A stretch of DNA of 35,622 nt. Origin: Jimgerdemannia flammicorona (Eukaryota). The stretch is from the NCBI GenBank assembly GCA_003990765.1, contig RBNJ01000244.1:1-35622 (forward strand). Reading direction: 5' to 3'. Position 1 is the first letter of the stretch. Every line of letters starts with the position of its first letter. A program made the position numbers and the translations under genes. The notes under the pieces are model-generated. The model searched no databases, was not told the DNA's origin, and was given only the letters and a program-made list of their open reading frames with translations. Shown here piece after piece: positions 13,801 to 25,263 of this stretch.

Positions 13801-14095
13801 CTTCACTACTCCTAGCTATAGCTCCTCCTGCCCCTATACTTGTTCTCCTAGACAAAGGACCTTCTGCCCTCCTCAGAGTAGTCTTGTCTTTCCTCTCAGC
13901 TTTGCTAGTCTGATCACTCACCAGCAATCCACCCTCCTTTACCTTGTCAGTAAAGCTTAGGGGCTCAGATCCTCCCCCATTTCCACCAGACACTGGTTCC
14001 TCTCCAGAGCTCTTCCTGTTCTTCACATCTCCAAAAGAGTATATCTTCAGGCTATAACCCCTCTCTATATATTTTTAGCTAAATACCCCAGATCT
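10817..14095 (-). mobile_element. LINE copy B (ORF1 11852-14095, start of ORF2 10817-11820); host of copy A and MITE 1; 5' UTR missing
   Basis: SFTDKVK (13769-14026), DIRLQLAGK..DWP, LVDISEEEWDESAS, APE remnants. Homology to E stops at agatct about 14095. Confidence 0.88.
12510..12800. mobile_element. hAT-type MITE copy 1 (291 bp)
   Basis: Perfect 12-bp TIR TAGTGCTCCCAA/TTGGGAGCACTA, 8-bp TSD cttcttat (12502-09, 12801-08), subterminal AATCG/CGATT repeats, non-coding. Confidence 0.92.
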
Positions 14096-15432
14096 AAATT
14101 AGATGAAATTGATCAAATATATCTAGCTTTCAATACTAAGATTATTTATAAGTCAGATAAGATAAATATAGTAAGCAATACTTTATCAAGAAGGCCTGAT
14201 CCTTGTGTCATCAAGATGACCTCAGACCAAACTCTTTTAGATGAATAAAAAAAAGAATATTACCAGGATCTAGTTATAAAGAAAATCCTTATAAGTCTAT
14301 CAAAAGAATATTAGATCACTGATAGAATTATATACAAGAATAACCAAATATATATCTCAAATTCCAACAATCTTCACTTCAAGATTCTGAAGAAAATCTA
14401 TAACTTCTCTCTTACTAGTTATATAGAATCTTAGAAAACTATTCATAATATTTATTATTATTTCTTCTAGTCTATAATGAATTAAGACATTAAGAAATAT
14501 ATATCTATCTATATTACTGCCAAAAGAATAAGATATTAAGATTATAGCTATATAGTTTACTCAGTAAGTTATAATAAACTTTGTTGTCTAACTATCTAAG
14601 ATATCTTAAGAAAATGATATCATCATTATCTTTGAGGACTATCTCACTAAGACTATTAAGTTATAGACAACCAAACTAATGAAACTACCCCTGATACCAT
14701 CAAAATATTCTTCAAGATAATCAGATTATAAATAGTGAAGAAGAAATAAATTTGATAAGTTATTTCTTATAAATAAGATAACTGAGAATAATATCTTATC
14801 CTGTAGAGTTCACCTATAATAACTCAGTATAAGCCTCAATAGGCTTAATATCTTTTAAATTACTATATAGTCAAGATATGCAAAATTCATTAAGCCTACT
14901 TACTAAGTTAGTAAAGAACTATCTAACATTTCTACTATTAAAGATCTTATTAATAATACAACTTCAATAATTTAAGTTATTAAAGATAATCTACTTAAGG
15001 CTTCGATATTGTAAGTTAAATATACTAATACTAGAAGTTAAGAGATCAAATTCAAAATTGGTGATTAAGTACTCATCTATTACAAATCTCAATCTAATAT
15101 TCAAAATTATCTGCTCTCCTAAGAAATAAGATATATTAGTCTCTATAAGAGTATCTCTAGTAATAAATAAGTTAATACTACTATAGACTGTTTATATATA
15201 TCTTATCTTCTATATCTCTTTATTCAAGCCATACTATAATAGTCTATATAAGTACCCAAACTAGACTTTTCAGCTATCAGTACCTCTTTAGATTTATAGT
15301 CATACTAAGTATAAAGTTGATAAATATATATATTATAATTATATTATAAGTAGACTATCCTAAATATAATAGTACTTGGGAATCTATTAGAAATCTCAAA
15401 AACACTCAATGAGCTCTTTATAAATATGAATA
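14096..15432 (+). pseudogene. Decayed Ty3/gypsy (chromovirus) pol 3' part: end of RNase H, integrase, chromodomain
   Basis: Hand translation gives KSDKINIVSNTLSRRPD (about 14150-14200), IIIFEDYLTK, VEFTYNNSV*ASIGLISFKLLYSQD (about 14805-14880), EIKFKIGD*VLI, and NSTWESIRNLKN (about 15370-15405, chromodomain). Confidence 0.85.
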
Positions 15433-15466
15433 TTGAGAAAAATATTATCTTTCAAGTAAGAGAGAA

Positions 15467-15913
15467 TAAAATAATCTTCTATATTTTATTTTTCTTTTAT
15501 AAAATTATTATCTTTCTTCATTATATTACTCAATAGAATATTCCAGAATAGCTTAGAATAGTATAGAATTACTTAGTCATTTACCAAGAATCTATTTTCT
15601 AAATAATTCTATCAAGATTCCATTAATTACTTATTTATACTTAGTAATTCTCTATAATATTCACTATGTTCTACTAAGTATAACTCATTGCTTGGTATCT
15701 AGCAAAATAATATTCTATCTATTTCTTTTTCTTTCTATTTCTCTTATATAAATACTCTCTCAGAATACTTCAATAAAATTCAGGCTAGTTAGTTATTATA
15801 TATATATTTGAATCTTCTAAAGATAATTATACTTCTTAAGTTCTATTTCTTAAATTTAATTATATATTTCAATTTATACATTTGTTGATATATATTCTAA
15901 GTCTTAGATTTCA
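15467..15913 (+). repeat. Probable 3' LTR of the gypsy element (about 447 bp)
   Basis: Follows a purine tract (aagagagaa) after the chromodomain. Begins TAAAAT (mutated TGAAAT?) and ends ATTTCA. No second LTR in the window to confirm. Confidence 0.5.
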
Positions 15914-15983
15914 TCTGACTTAACTAGATCAAAGTACTCTTATACTTCAATAAGTATAATTATTCTCTATAATATATATATTG

Positions 15984-15998
15984 GAGATTTTTTCTATA
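15984..15998. repeat. 15-bp TSD of copy D (partner 21884-21898)
   Basis: gagattttttctata vs gagattttttccata, one T/C mismatch. Confidence 0.92.
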
Positions 15999-16081
15999 CA
16001 TACCTTGCTCTAGTACAATTCATGTTACACTAACTTCAAGCAATAGTTTCCAACACAACTCAGAGAAAAAATACTATTACA

Positions 16082-18091
16082 ATATCATTGAGCAAGAGTT
16101 CTGACAGATGTACTGAGTCGGGTGGACCTAGGGCTTTTGGTTGGCAGAATGTGGGGAGGGATTATAGCCTAGAGATGGGGGCCTTTGGAGGGTCAAAGGG
16201 TGGAGAGGGCTCTGGAGGAGGTCTGGTGCTGGGTGATAATGGGGGAAGGCCTGGCCCCCTAAGCTTTGCAGACAAGGTAAAGGGGAGTGGATGGCCAGCT
16301 GGAGCTAGGGCTGGTATTGCTGAGGGAAAGGACAAGGTGAGTCTTTGGTGGGGGGGATTTGCTCTGGCTAGGGGTGTGAATGTAGGGTCTGGAGGACTGT
16401 GGCTGGGAGTGGGACTGCTGATGGAAGTGTGATGGGGAATTAGGAAAAAAAAGGAGATGTGATAGCTGATGGCAGAGTGGAGCAGGGGTTCCCAATATGG
16501 AAGAGAGACCTGGCTGATGGTGTGATAGGGCTGGTGGTAGCACCATTACTCAGAAAATTGATCTCAGAGTTTATGGTGACTTTGTACTTCCGGGGCTTGG
16601 TAGTGATGGCAAGGATGGTCCTAAGAATTATCACAAAGCAGGTGGCTGGGGCCACCTGAAGGGTCTCAAAGAAGTTGAGATGGGCTTTGAGAAGAATGGT
16701 CCACTGGAGGAAATATTGAAGACTAGAGTAGTAGTAGGAGAGGTAGTTATCTCTATGGTGAAGTGTTTGAGGTGGAATTCCAGGGTGGTCCAGTTGCTAG
16801 TGAAAGGGGTGCCTATAGTGACAATGGTGGAGACTAGGAGGAGAGTGGAGGAGGTGATGGTAGAATATAGCAAGGTGGTTAATATTGGGTTCCAGATATA
16901 GGAGAGGACTTCATTCAAGACTAGAGATGTTGATATCAGAATTAGACAGGCTGGGACAGAGGCCATAGGGAAGACAAGTGACTGGCCATCAGTGATATTG
17001 TAGGGAGCCTTTATTTGCAAGATATCAAGGATAAAGAAGAGTGAGGAGGAGGAGGAGGACCTGCTGGAAGCTCTGGAGGAGATGAGTGGGACAGTGGAGT
17101 AGAGGGCAGAGGCTTGGAGGAGGTATGTCGAGTCAATACATTTGGAGATTGTAGAGAAGAAACATATCCACACTGATAAGAGGCAATGGGAGAGAGCTCA
17201 AGGGCACAAGAGGTAGAGAGAGCTATTGGTGAGTGTGAGAGAAGGAATGAAGAAAAATGTTGATGGGGCTGAGGGTCTGGAGGTGCCAAAGCCAGTGTCT
17301 GGGCTGATAAAGGAGGAGAGGATGTGGAGGAGGGCCAGGAGGAGGCTGGAAAGATACCAAGTAAGGATCTATATACAGATGGTATGTTTGAAGTTTGGGA
17401 GGAGGATGTGGGTAATACTCCCCCTCTTTTCAGGAGGGACCCAGCTGTGAAGGAGAGGGCATCAGAGGATGTATGGATGTGAGGTGTCCAGAGAGTGTAC
17501 TTTGGCATCCCTGTTGTAGTGAAAGGAGGACAGGTAGTAGCAGATAGCGAGGATGAGCTGGTGGATGTCTCAGAGGAGGAGTGGGATGAGTCTGCAAGTG
17601 CCAGGGCAGATACCACAATACTGGATACTAGAAGGCCAGTTATACCAGAAGGGAAGGAGGTGGGGAACCTACTGTGGATATACTGAATGATGAATAACTT
17701 TGTGGCTAAGAAGTTGGGAGAAGTGGACCTGAGTGTGTTGTCTGAGGAGCATTGGGCACAGATCCTGCATGGGGATGGGGTAGTGGCATCTCTGAAGGGA
17801 GAGATGCTTACAATTCTTCTGAAGGAGGAGGGGTATGAGGTTGACAAGAAGAGGGAGGCTGAGCTGGAGGTGGTGGCTGGGGAGCAGGCTGCCCACTATT
17901 GGGCAGAGAGGCATGGTCTGAAACTCTGGCAGGAGGCCTGCCTGGAATATCATAAGGAATTCGAGGAGAAGGAGGATGGAGTGATGGCTGAACTTTTGGT
18001 GAGATTGGAGGTAAAGGAGGCTGAAGAGGAGGAATTGGCTGCAGAACATATCTTGGACTTGATGCAGGAGGAGAGAAATGTGGATTTATAG
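16082..18091 (+). pseudogene. Copy D ORF1 (disrupted)
   Basis: AFGWQNVGR, SFADKVK, LLRKLISEF, LVDVSEEEWDES, LAAEHILDLMQEE. Confidence 0.88.
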
Positions 18092-18128
18092 AGTATATGC
18101 TAGTTCTTACTTCTAAATATTATTCCCA

Positions 18129-21100
18129 ATAAATAGTATAACTAACATTTTTTCTCTGAACATGAATGGGTTAAGGGACTCTGGGCAGTGAAAGAACATT
18201 TTTACTTGGCTTAAGGGACTGGAGGCAGATCTCTTTCTGTTGTAAGATATATGTTATAAGGATGAGGAGGATTGAGTGGAGTAGACTAAAGAATGGGGAG
18301 GGACTATGGCTTGGATTGGCAAAGTGGTGATATTGGTGCAGGTTGGTAGAAGGGATTTAGGTGGCATCAGAAACTGGGAAGACTGTTTGGTATGGGGGGA
18401 ATGGCATTCCCCTGGGTGGGAGCCTATGAAAGTTGGCTCTTGCTACTATCTGGCAGCTAGGGGTGAGCAGATTGCTTAGATTAAGGGTCTGTTAGAGGAA
18501 GGCATACTCTTGGAGGAAGAGATAGATGTTCTAGGAGGGGACTTCAATATGGCATGGAATTCTCAATTACATCAAACAGATGGAGGGAGGAATGTGGGCA
18601 GGAGGAGTGGTGGCCTGGATACATGAGAGGAAGTAGAGACCCTTAGCTCCTTAGGGAATATGGGCAGAGCACAGTGAGGAGAAAAGAGGATCTATACACA
18701 CTGGGTGAATAGACTAGATATAAGAATTGACTAGATCCTGATGTCCAAATACTGGGGCCTGGATGTCTGGAGGTTGCTGGAGGTGGAGTAGTGCCCATAG
18801 TCTGATTACTGGGACTTATTAGGGCAGGGGCAGTTTGGGGGGAGTGGAGATAGACCTGGACATTGGTGCCTTAACTCCTCTCTGCTAGTAGAGAAGGCTT
18901 TTTGGGACCCTTGGGTAGAGGATATACAGGTGAAGATTGCTGGCTGTATATATGAGGGGTTGCCAGTGGGTATCCGATAGTTAAAGTTGAAAGAGACAGC
19001 CTGGGTTTACTGGAGAGGAGCTGGCAGAGGGGTAGAGAAGCAGAGAAGGAGAAGGGTGTGGTATGCTTCCAACCAGTTGGTTAGATTATAGATAGAATGG
19101 GGAGGTTTGCTAAATTCTGGTAAGGTCAATGATTGGAGGTTAATGCATGTGAAATTGAAGGTGATGGAGTTGCAACAGGTGTTGAGAGAGAAGGAGGAGA
19201 TGTATAAGAAGGAAATGGCAGCCAGGTTGAGGTAGCAAGACTTCAGGAGGAGGAGTGACCCACTAGGTACTTATCACAGCTCCTCCAGGTGGCATCAATG
19301 GAATTAGGTCCTGGATGTAGATGGAGAAATGGCATACAACAGATCTTGGGAGTGCTGAAGGAGAGATGGAGGGATCTGTAGAGTGAGGAGGAAGGGGGTG
19401 TGGATGAGGGGGTGATTGGAGACATGCTAGAGGATTGGGAACCATTACAAGTAGAGGGCCTGGATGACTTGATTCTACTAGGAGATCCAGAGAGTCCTTG
19501 CTGAAATTAAGATGGCACCAGGAGAGGATGGGCTACCTTGAGACTTTTGGAAGAAGATAACAAAGATTCCTGGAGTTTTAGAAGAGATGGTAGCCCTCTG
19601 TGACCATATTCTTCTGAATAGTGAGTGGGTTGGCAAGCAGGACTTGGAGTTGGTGACCTTGTTGTATAAAGATAAGGGAAGGAGGGAGGACTAGAAGAAT
19701 TGGAGACCAATCATACTTCTGGATATAGATGGGAAGATGGTGATCAAGATAATTATTATGAGGTTATAGAAGATAGCCCAATGGGTGCTGGGTGAGGAGC
19801 AGCAGGGCTTTGTTAGTGGCAGGCTTATCTGAGATAGGACAGCCTGGGTCCATGGTATAATTGAAGGAGTGCAGGCTTGTGGACTAGATGGGAGACTGGT
19901 TTTTCTGAACAAGGAGATGGCCTATGACTGTGTTTAATGGGTGTAACTGGGCAAGATACTGGATAGAATTAGTATTCCACTATGTTTTTGGGCTTCTATG
20001 TTGGGTCTGTTGGAGGGCAGTAGAGCAGCATTGATGTGTAATGGGCATCAGGGTCTGGCATTTCCCTTGAGAAGAGGAGTTCCTCAGGAAGATCCATTAT
20101 CTCCTATTTTTTATACTCTATCATTAGAACTTTTGATGGATAGGATAAGACAGAAGATGGCAGGGCTATCTGTATATGGTATAGTGTGGAAGATGAGGGT
20201 CTTTGCAGATGATATGGTAGTTGGCCTTGGCTAAGTGGCAGATGTTGAGGTACTTTAAGAGATGGTGGAATAGTATGAGATGCATTCTGAGGTATAACTC
20301 AACTGGCATAAGTGTGAGACAAAAGTGCTTAAGAACAGGCTGGTGGGTGGGGATATTATTGGAACAATTGTTCCTACAGAAGAGGCAGTGAGATACTTAG
20401 GTATCTTCCTTTCTATATATAGTTCTATCCTACCACAGGTGTGGTGGAAAAGGAGGGTGGCTATTTGGAGAGAGGTCTATAGAGATTGGGGAGGTCACTA
20501 TATCTCTCTAGCAGGCTAGATATTAATTCTGAATGTTTACTGGTTCCCAAAGCTGTGGTATATTATCTATTATTTGGATTTTCCAGCTTGGGTGATATAC
20601 AGACTGATGAAGCTAGCTAGAGACTGAATTTGGAGTAGAAGGTGGTCCCAGGACAGTTGGAACACTCTGATGACACCAGTGGTGTGGGGAGGGCTGGGTC
20701 TAGTAGACATCCCTAAGAGGCTGTACTATCTGTATGCTTGGTGGTTGAAAAGGGCAATTAATTTACAGGGAAGCAGTTGGATGCCACTGATGCAAAAGGT
20801 GTGGGAGATGAGATTCTCTCTACAAGAGTCCTTAGAGTATTTGCTGTCTCTGGTGGGTCTAGATGGGAGCCAAGACTATAGTATACATAAGAGCTACTGG
20901 TAGTGGGTGGTGGATGGGGCACACTGAATAGGCCTGTACTGGTGAAGCATTGAGGGGGAAATATTGTGGAGACCAGCTATATGTCAGTTGGACAGGCTAC
21001 TTCTGGGGGATATTCTACTTATTGAATTTGATATTGGGGATGTAGTTGAGTGTGAGCAGGGCCTTAGTCAGGATCTTTGGCCAAGTGTTTGGCAGGCAGT

Positions 21101-21755
21101 AGGGATTGGTGAGGAGTAGGACTGGGTAAGAGTCTGGTCATAGAGTGCTGATGTGTGGAAGTGGCATCCTCCCAAGTTCTGGGTGGTCTGGTAGTGGATG
21201 CTGTGGAGAAATGTCATATTGAATTTTCATGCTGGACATCTGGTAGATGGTGGCTGATACTATTGTGAGGAGTGCTATAATGTTGGACAGGTTGCGGGTT
21301 TTGTGCAGATGCCTGAACATTGTCTGAGAGAGTGTAAGGTTCTGGGGAATTTTTGGATAGAAGTAGGAAACTGGCTGGGGGTAGAAAAGAGCCTGGATGG
21401 AGAGAGGGGTCACAGGGAGGATTTAAAAGCTAGGTTAGTGAGTGGTGTAGATAATGTATAGCTCACTGTAGGGTGGGTTTTGGTAGTTTGGATAGGGCTG
21501 GCTAGATATTGACTCTTTGTTTTTGAAGAAGGGTGGCAGATAGGTATATAAGAGAAGCTATCAAGATGGGAGGGGTTGATGGGAGATTTGCTTACTGGGT
21601 GGTGGGTTGGTTGGGGTCCCCAGGGTGGGCAATGCCACCATCTGGTAGAGAGAATCTGTAAACAGAGTTATTGATAGGTAGAGATGGTGAATGACAAAGT
21701 AGTCTTTTAGCAAGTAGGGGTGGGAGAAGGGAGGGTCTCTAGGGGGATCAGTTAG
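18129..21755 (+). pseudogene. Copy D ORF2 (APE-RT-Cys/His finger), disrupted; 3' limit approximate
   Basis: FSLNMNG, GGDFN, GVPQEDPLSPIF, VFADD, GGLGLVD, CEECYNVGQVAGFVQMPEHCLREC. Confidence 0.9.
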
Positions 21756-21821
21756 GGGTGAGCACAGTGTATTATGTTATGAATAGATGGGTATATTAAT
21801 AAAGGAAAGAGTCTGAGTAAC

Positions 21822-21886
<65 letters not shown>

Positions 21887-22662
21887 ATTTTTTCCATAAG
21901 TATATATTTTAATTATATCTTTATTAATAATATAAAATATATATATATTAAGAGAATTTACTTGATTTATTAAATTATTAATACATATAATTTGTATTAT
22001 TATGGATATACTTTTAAAGCTTAATTTATATATTTATATATTAAATAATTAGAATTTTAAATATATATATATAATTAATATAAAAAAGTATTTATATTAT
22101 AATAGTGACTCCAGAATAATGACATCAGCACAGGAGACAGCCTTTCCATACAAGCCACCAGATTGCAATACAAGAAGATTATATGGTATATAAGATGAGC
22201 AATGATGACTAACTGTGAGTCATTGTGACCATAGTTTAGATATCTTGAGGAATATAAAAGAAGGAACAAGGAACCATAGTAGCACCTTTCTCCTGTACAA
22301 TTTATGTTACACCAACTTCAAGCAACAGTTTTTTGACAAAATTCAGAGAAAAGATATTATAATAATATTATTGAGCAAGAGTTCTGATGGGTATGCTGGG
22401 TCAGGTAGATCTGGGGCTTTCAGCTGGCAGATTGTGGGGAGGGGTTATAGCCTGGGGATGGGGGCCTTTGGAGGGTTGAAGGGTGGCAAGGGCTCTGGAG
22501 GTGGGCTAGTGTCTGATAGCCATGGGGGGAGGCCTGGCCCCCCAAGCTTTGCAGATAAGATAAAGGAGAGTAGATGGCTGGCTAGATCTAGGGCTGGTGC
22601 TACTGAAGGGAAGGGCAAGGTGAGCCTAGGGAGGGGGGAGATACTCAGATGGGGGATGTGAG

Positions 22663-23086
22663 TAGTGCTCCCAATGAATCAAATCGAATCGAATTTGGCC
22701 CAAACTCAATTTGATTCAATCAAATCAAGGGTCCAATTTAATTTAATTCAAATCAAATCAAAGGTCCAATTTGATTTGAAGTTTGATTCAAACCTTAATT
22801 TTCAAAATGTAATGACTCCATGAGAACCCATCCAAATTTAACGTGTTTTAGCTTGTTAGATTCACTGTATTAATGTAATTCTAACAAGCTAAAGTACATT
22901 AGATTTGGATGAGTTTACACTGAGTTATTGCATTTTGAAAATTAGGGTTCGAATCAGACCCTCAATTCAATTCGACTTTTGATTCGATTCGAATTAATTT
23001 GAATTAAAAAATCCCCAATTTGATTCGACTCATTTAACCCTCAATTCGATTCGATTTGAATTTATTTGACTTGTTTGGAAGCACTA
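22663..23086. mobile_element. hAT-type MITE copy 2 (424 bp), opposite orientation to copy 1
   Basis: TIR TAGTGCTCCCAA / TTGGAAGCACTA, 8-bp TSD gatgtgag (22655-62, 23087-94), same core as copy 1 with more subterminal pentamers. Confidence 0.92.
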
Positions 23087-23105
23087 GATGTGAGTATAGG
23101 TGCTG

Positions 23106-23120
23106 GAGGTACTGTGGCTA
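23106..23120. repeat. 15-bp TSD of copy F (partner 29053-29067)
   Basis: gaggtactgtggcta vs gaggtgctgtggcta, one A/G mismatch. Confidence 0.92.
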
Positions 23121-23205
23121 CAAGCATCTTTCTCAGCTAACATTTACATTATACATACTTTATAACATACTCTCAAGTCATTTATTAGAGAAAGGTGATA
23201 AGAAA

Positions 23206-25230
23206 ATGGCAATCAACAAGTATTCTGGGGTGCATACTGGGTAGGGCAGCCCAAGTGTACTCAACTGACAGCAGGTGGGGAGAGGTCCTGGTCTGGGGGG
23301 TGACATGAGAGAGCTGTTGGCAGGAGGATGAGGAGGAGGTGGAGGCAGCAGTGGAGGACAGGGGTCTGGGAGGGCAAGCTTTGCAGAGATGGTGAAGGGG
23401 AGGCAGCAGATGATAGGGCTGGAGGGTAGGCTGAGAAAAGGCAAGGAGACAGAGATGATGACAGTTTGTGGGAGAGTAGCACTTGGGGGTGAGGGCAGTG
23501 GAACTGGGGGAGTAGTAGCTGGGGGGGGTGTGATGGCTGATGGTGACAGGACTGCCAATCTGGAATAAAATCTATATGTGACAGCTGATAGCACAGCTGA
23601 GCAACTGAGGCTTGGAAGGCAGGGAGATTTGGCAGATGGTGTAATAGGCTTGGCAGTAGCATCATTACTCAAGAAATTGATCTCGGCATTTGCAGTGACA
23701 TTGTGCTTCTGGGGCCAGATAGTGATGGTGAAAATAGTACTAGGGCTTATTGCTAAGCAGGTGGCTGGAGCAGCATCTGTGAAGTTCCTGAAGGGATTGA
23801 AGGAAGTAGAGGTGGGTTTTGAGGAGGCTGAACCCCTGGAGGAAGTGCTGAAGATTGGATTGATTATTGGGAAGATGTGTGTCCCGATAGTGCACTGTCT
23901 GAAATGGGACCCCAGGGTGGTCCAACTGCTAGTGAAAGGAGTGCCCATGGTGATGGCAGTAGAGATGAGAAGAAGAGTTGAGGAGGTTATGGCAGAGTAT
24001 AGCAAGGTAGTAGATATTAGGTTCAGAATCTGGGAAGGGATCTCACTCAGGACTGGGGATGTGGATGTGCAGATTCAGCTGGCAGGGAAATAAGCTACAG
24101 AGAAGACAAGGGACTGGCCTTCAGTGATGATCTGGGGGGTGACCTTATGCAAGGTAACAAGGTTGAAAGAGAGTAAGGAGGAGGAGGAAGACTTGCTGGA
24201 GGCACTGGAAGAGATGAGTGGAGCAGTGGAGTAGCAGGCAAAGGCTTGGAGGTCCTTTGTGGAGTCGACACACTTGGAGGTAGTGGATGGGAAGAGGATC
24301 AGAGTGGACAAGGGGCAATAGGAAAAAGCTCAGAGCTATAAATGCCAGAAGGAGTTACTGGCTAAGATGGAGAGTCAACTACTGAAGGAGGCTGGTAGAA
24401 TGGTGGAACCAGGGGGTGCCAAGGTGAGTGTCTGGGCTGGCAAGAAGGGTGGGAGTGCAGGGGAAGGAACTGAGGAGGACAGGAAAGCAGCTAGTGGTGA
24501 CCCATATGCTGATGGTATGTTCAAGGTCTGGGAAGAGGACTGAGAGAAATTGCCTACCTCTACTCCTCTCATCAGACAAGGGCTGGCTTACTATAGCAGG
24601 GCAGGAGAGGATGTACCAATGAAGGGGGCTCAGCAAGTGCAATTTGGCATGCCTGAGGTAGCAAATGGGGGACAGGTAGTGGTGGTTGAAGAGGAGAAAT
24701 TAGTGGATATCCCAGAGGTGTGGAATGAGGCTGTGAGTACCAGAGCTGATATCACAATGTTAGATGGTGGAAGACTGGTGATGTCAGGAGGGAAGGAGGT
24801 GGGAAATCTACTTTGGATGTGCAGGATGATGAATAACCTGGTAGCTGAAGAGCTCAGGAAGGTGGACTTGAGGGTGATGAGTGATGAGCATTGGGCATGG
24901 GTATTATAGAGAGATAGTGTGGAGTTGGCATTGAAGGCAGAGATCCTTGTAGTTTATCTAGAGGAGGAAGGGTATGAGGTGGATAAGGAGTGAGAGGCCA
25001 AACTAGCAGGGGTTGCCAGTGAGAGGGTCAAGTACTGTTGGGCCAAGCAACATAAGTTGCAGCTCTGGCAGGAGGTATGCCTGGAATACTGAGAGGAGTT
25101 TGAGGAGAAGGCAGATGGAGAGATGAATGAGCTGTTGGTTGAATTGAAGGCTCAGAGGGCTGAAGGGGAGGCAGTGACTGCAGAATATAATCTGGACATA
25201 GTATAGGAAGAGATGAACTTGGAGCAGTAG
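23206..25230 (+). pseudogene. Copy F ORF1 (disrupted)
   Basis: ATG at 23206 (MAINKYS), SFAEMVK, LLKKLISAFAVTLCF, WDPRVVQLLVKGVP, acidic C-terminus. Confidence 0.88.
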
Positions 25231-25263
25231 GGATGGACTAGATAAAAAACACTATACTTCAAT

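Larger units (their letters stand above)
15999..21883 (+). mobile_element. Full-length L1/Tx1-like LINE copy D (about 5.89 kb)
   Basis: 5' CATACCTTGCTC, ORF1/ORF2 motifs, AATAAA at 21798, poly(A) 21825-21883 (59 nt), TSD. Confidence 0.95.

Noticed and set aside
17011..17847. Long Ser/Pro/Thr-rich antisense ORFs (also 23178-24005, 29252-29926, 30156-30860, 32010-32558)
   Set aside because: Shadows of the purine-rich sense strand; boundaries are not conserved among copies.
18129..21755. Stop-codon reassignment explaining frequent in-frame TAG/TGA
   Set aside because: Stops fall at different positions in each copy, replace Gln, Trp or Arg alike, and co-occur with frameshifts, so they reflect mutation.
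22663..23086. Short repeats suggesting a CRISPR array or satellite
   Set aside because: No repeat-spacer periodicity; bounded by TIRs and an 8-bp TSD, so a MITE.
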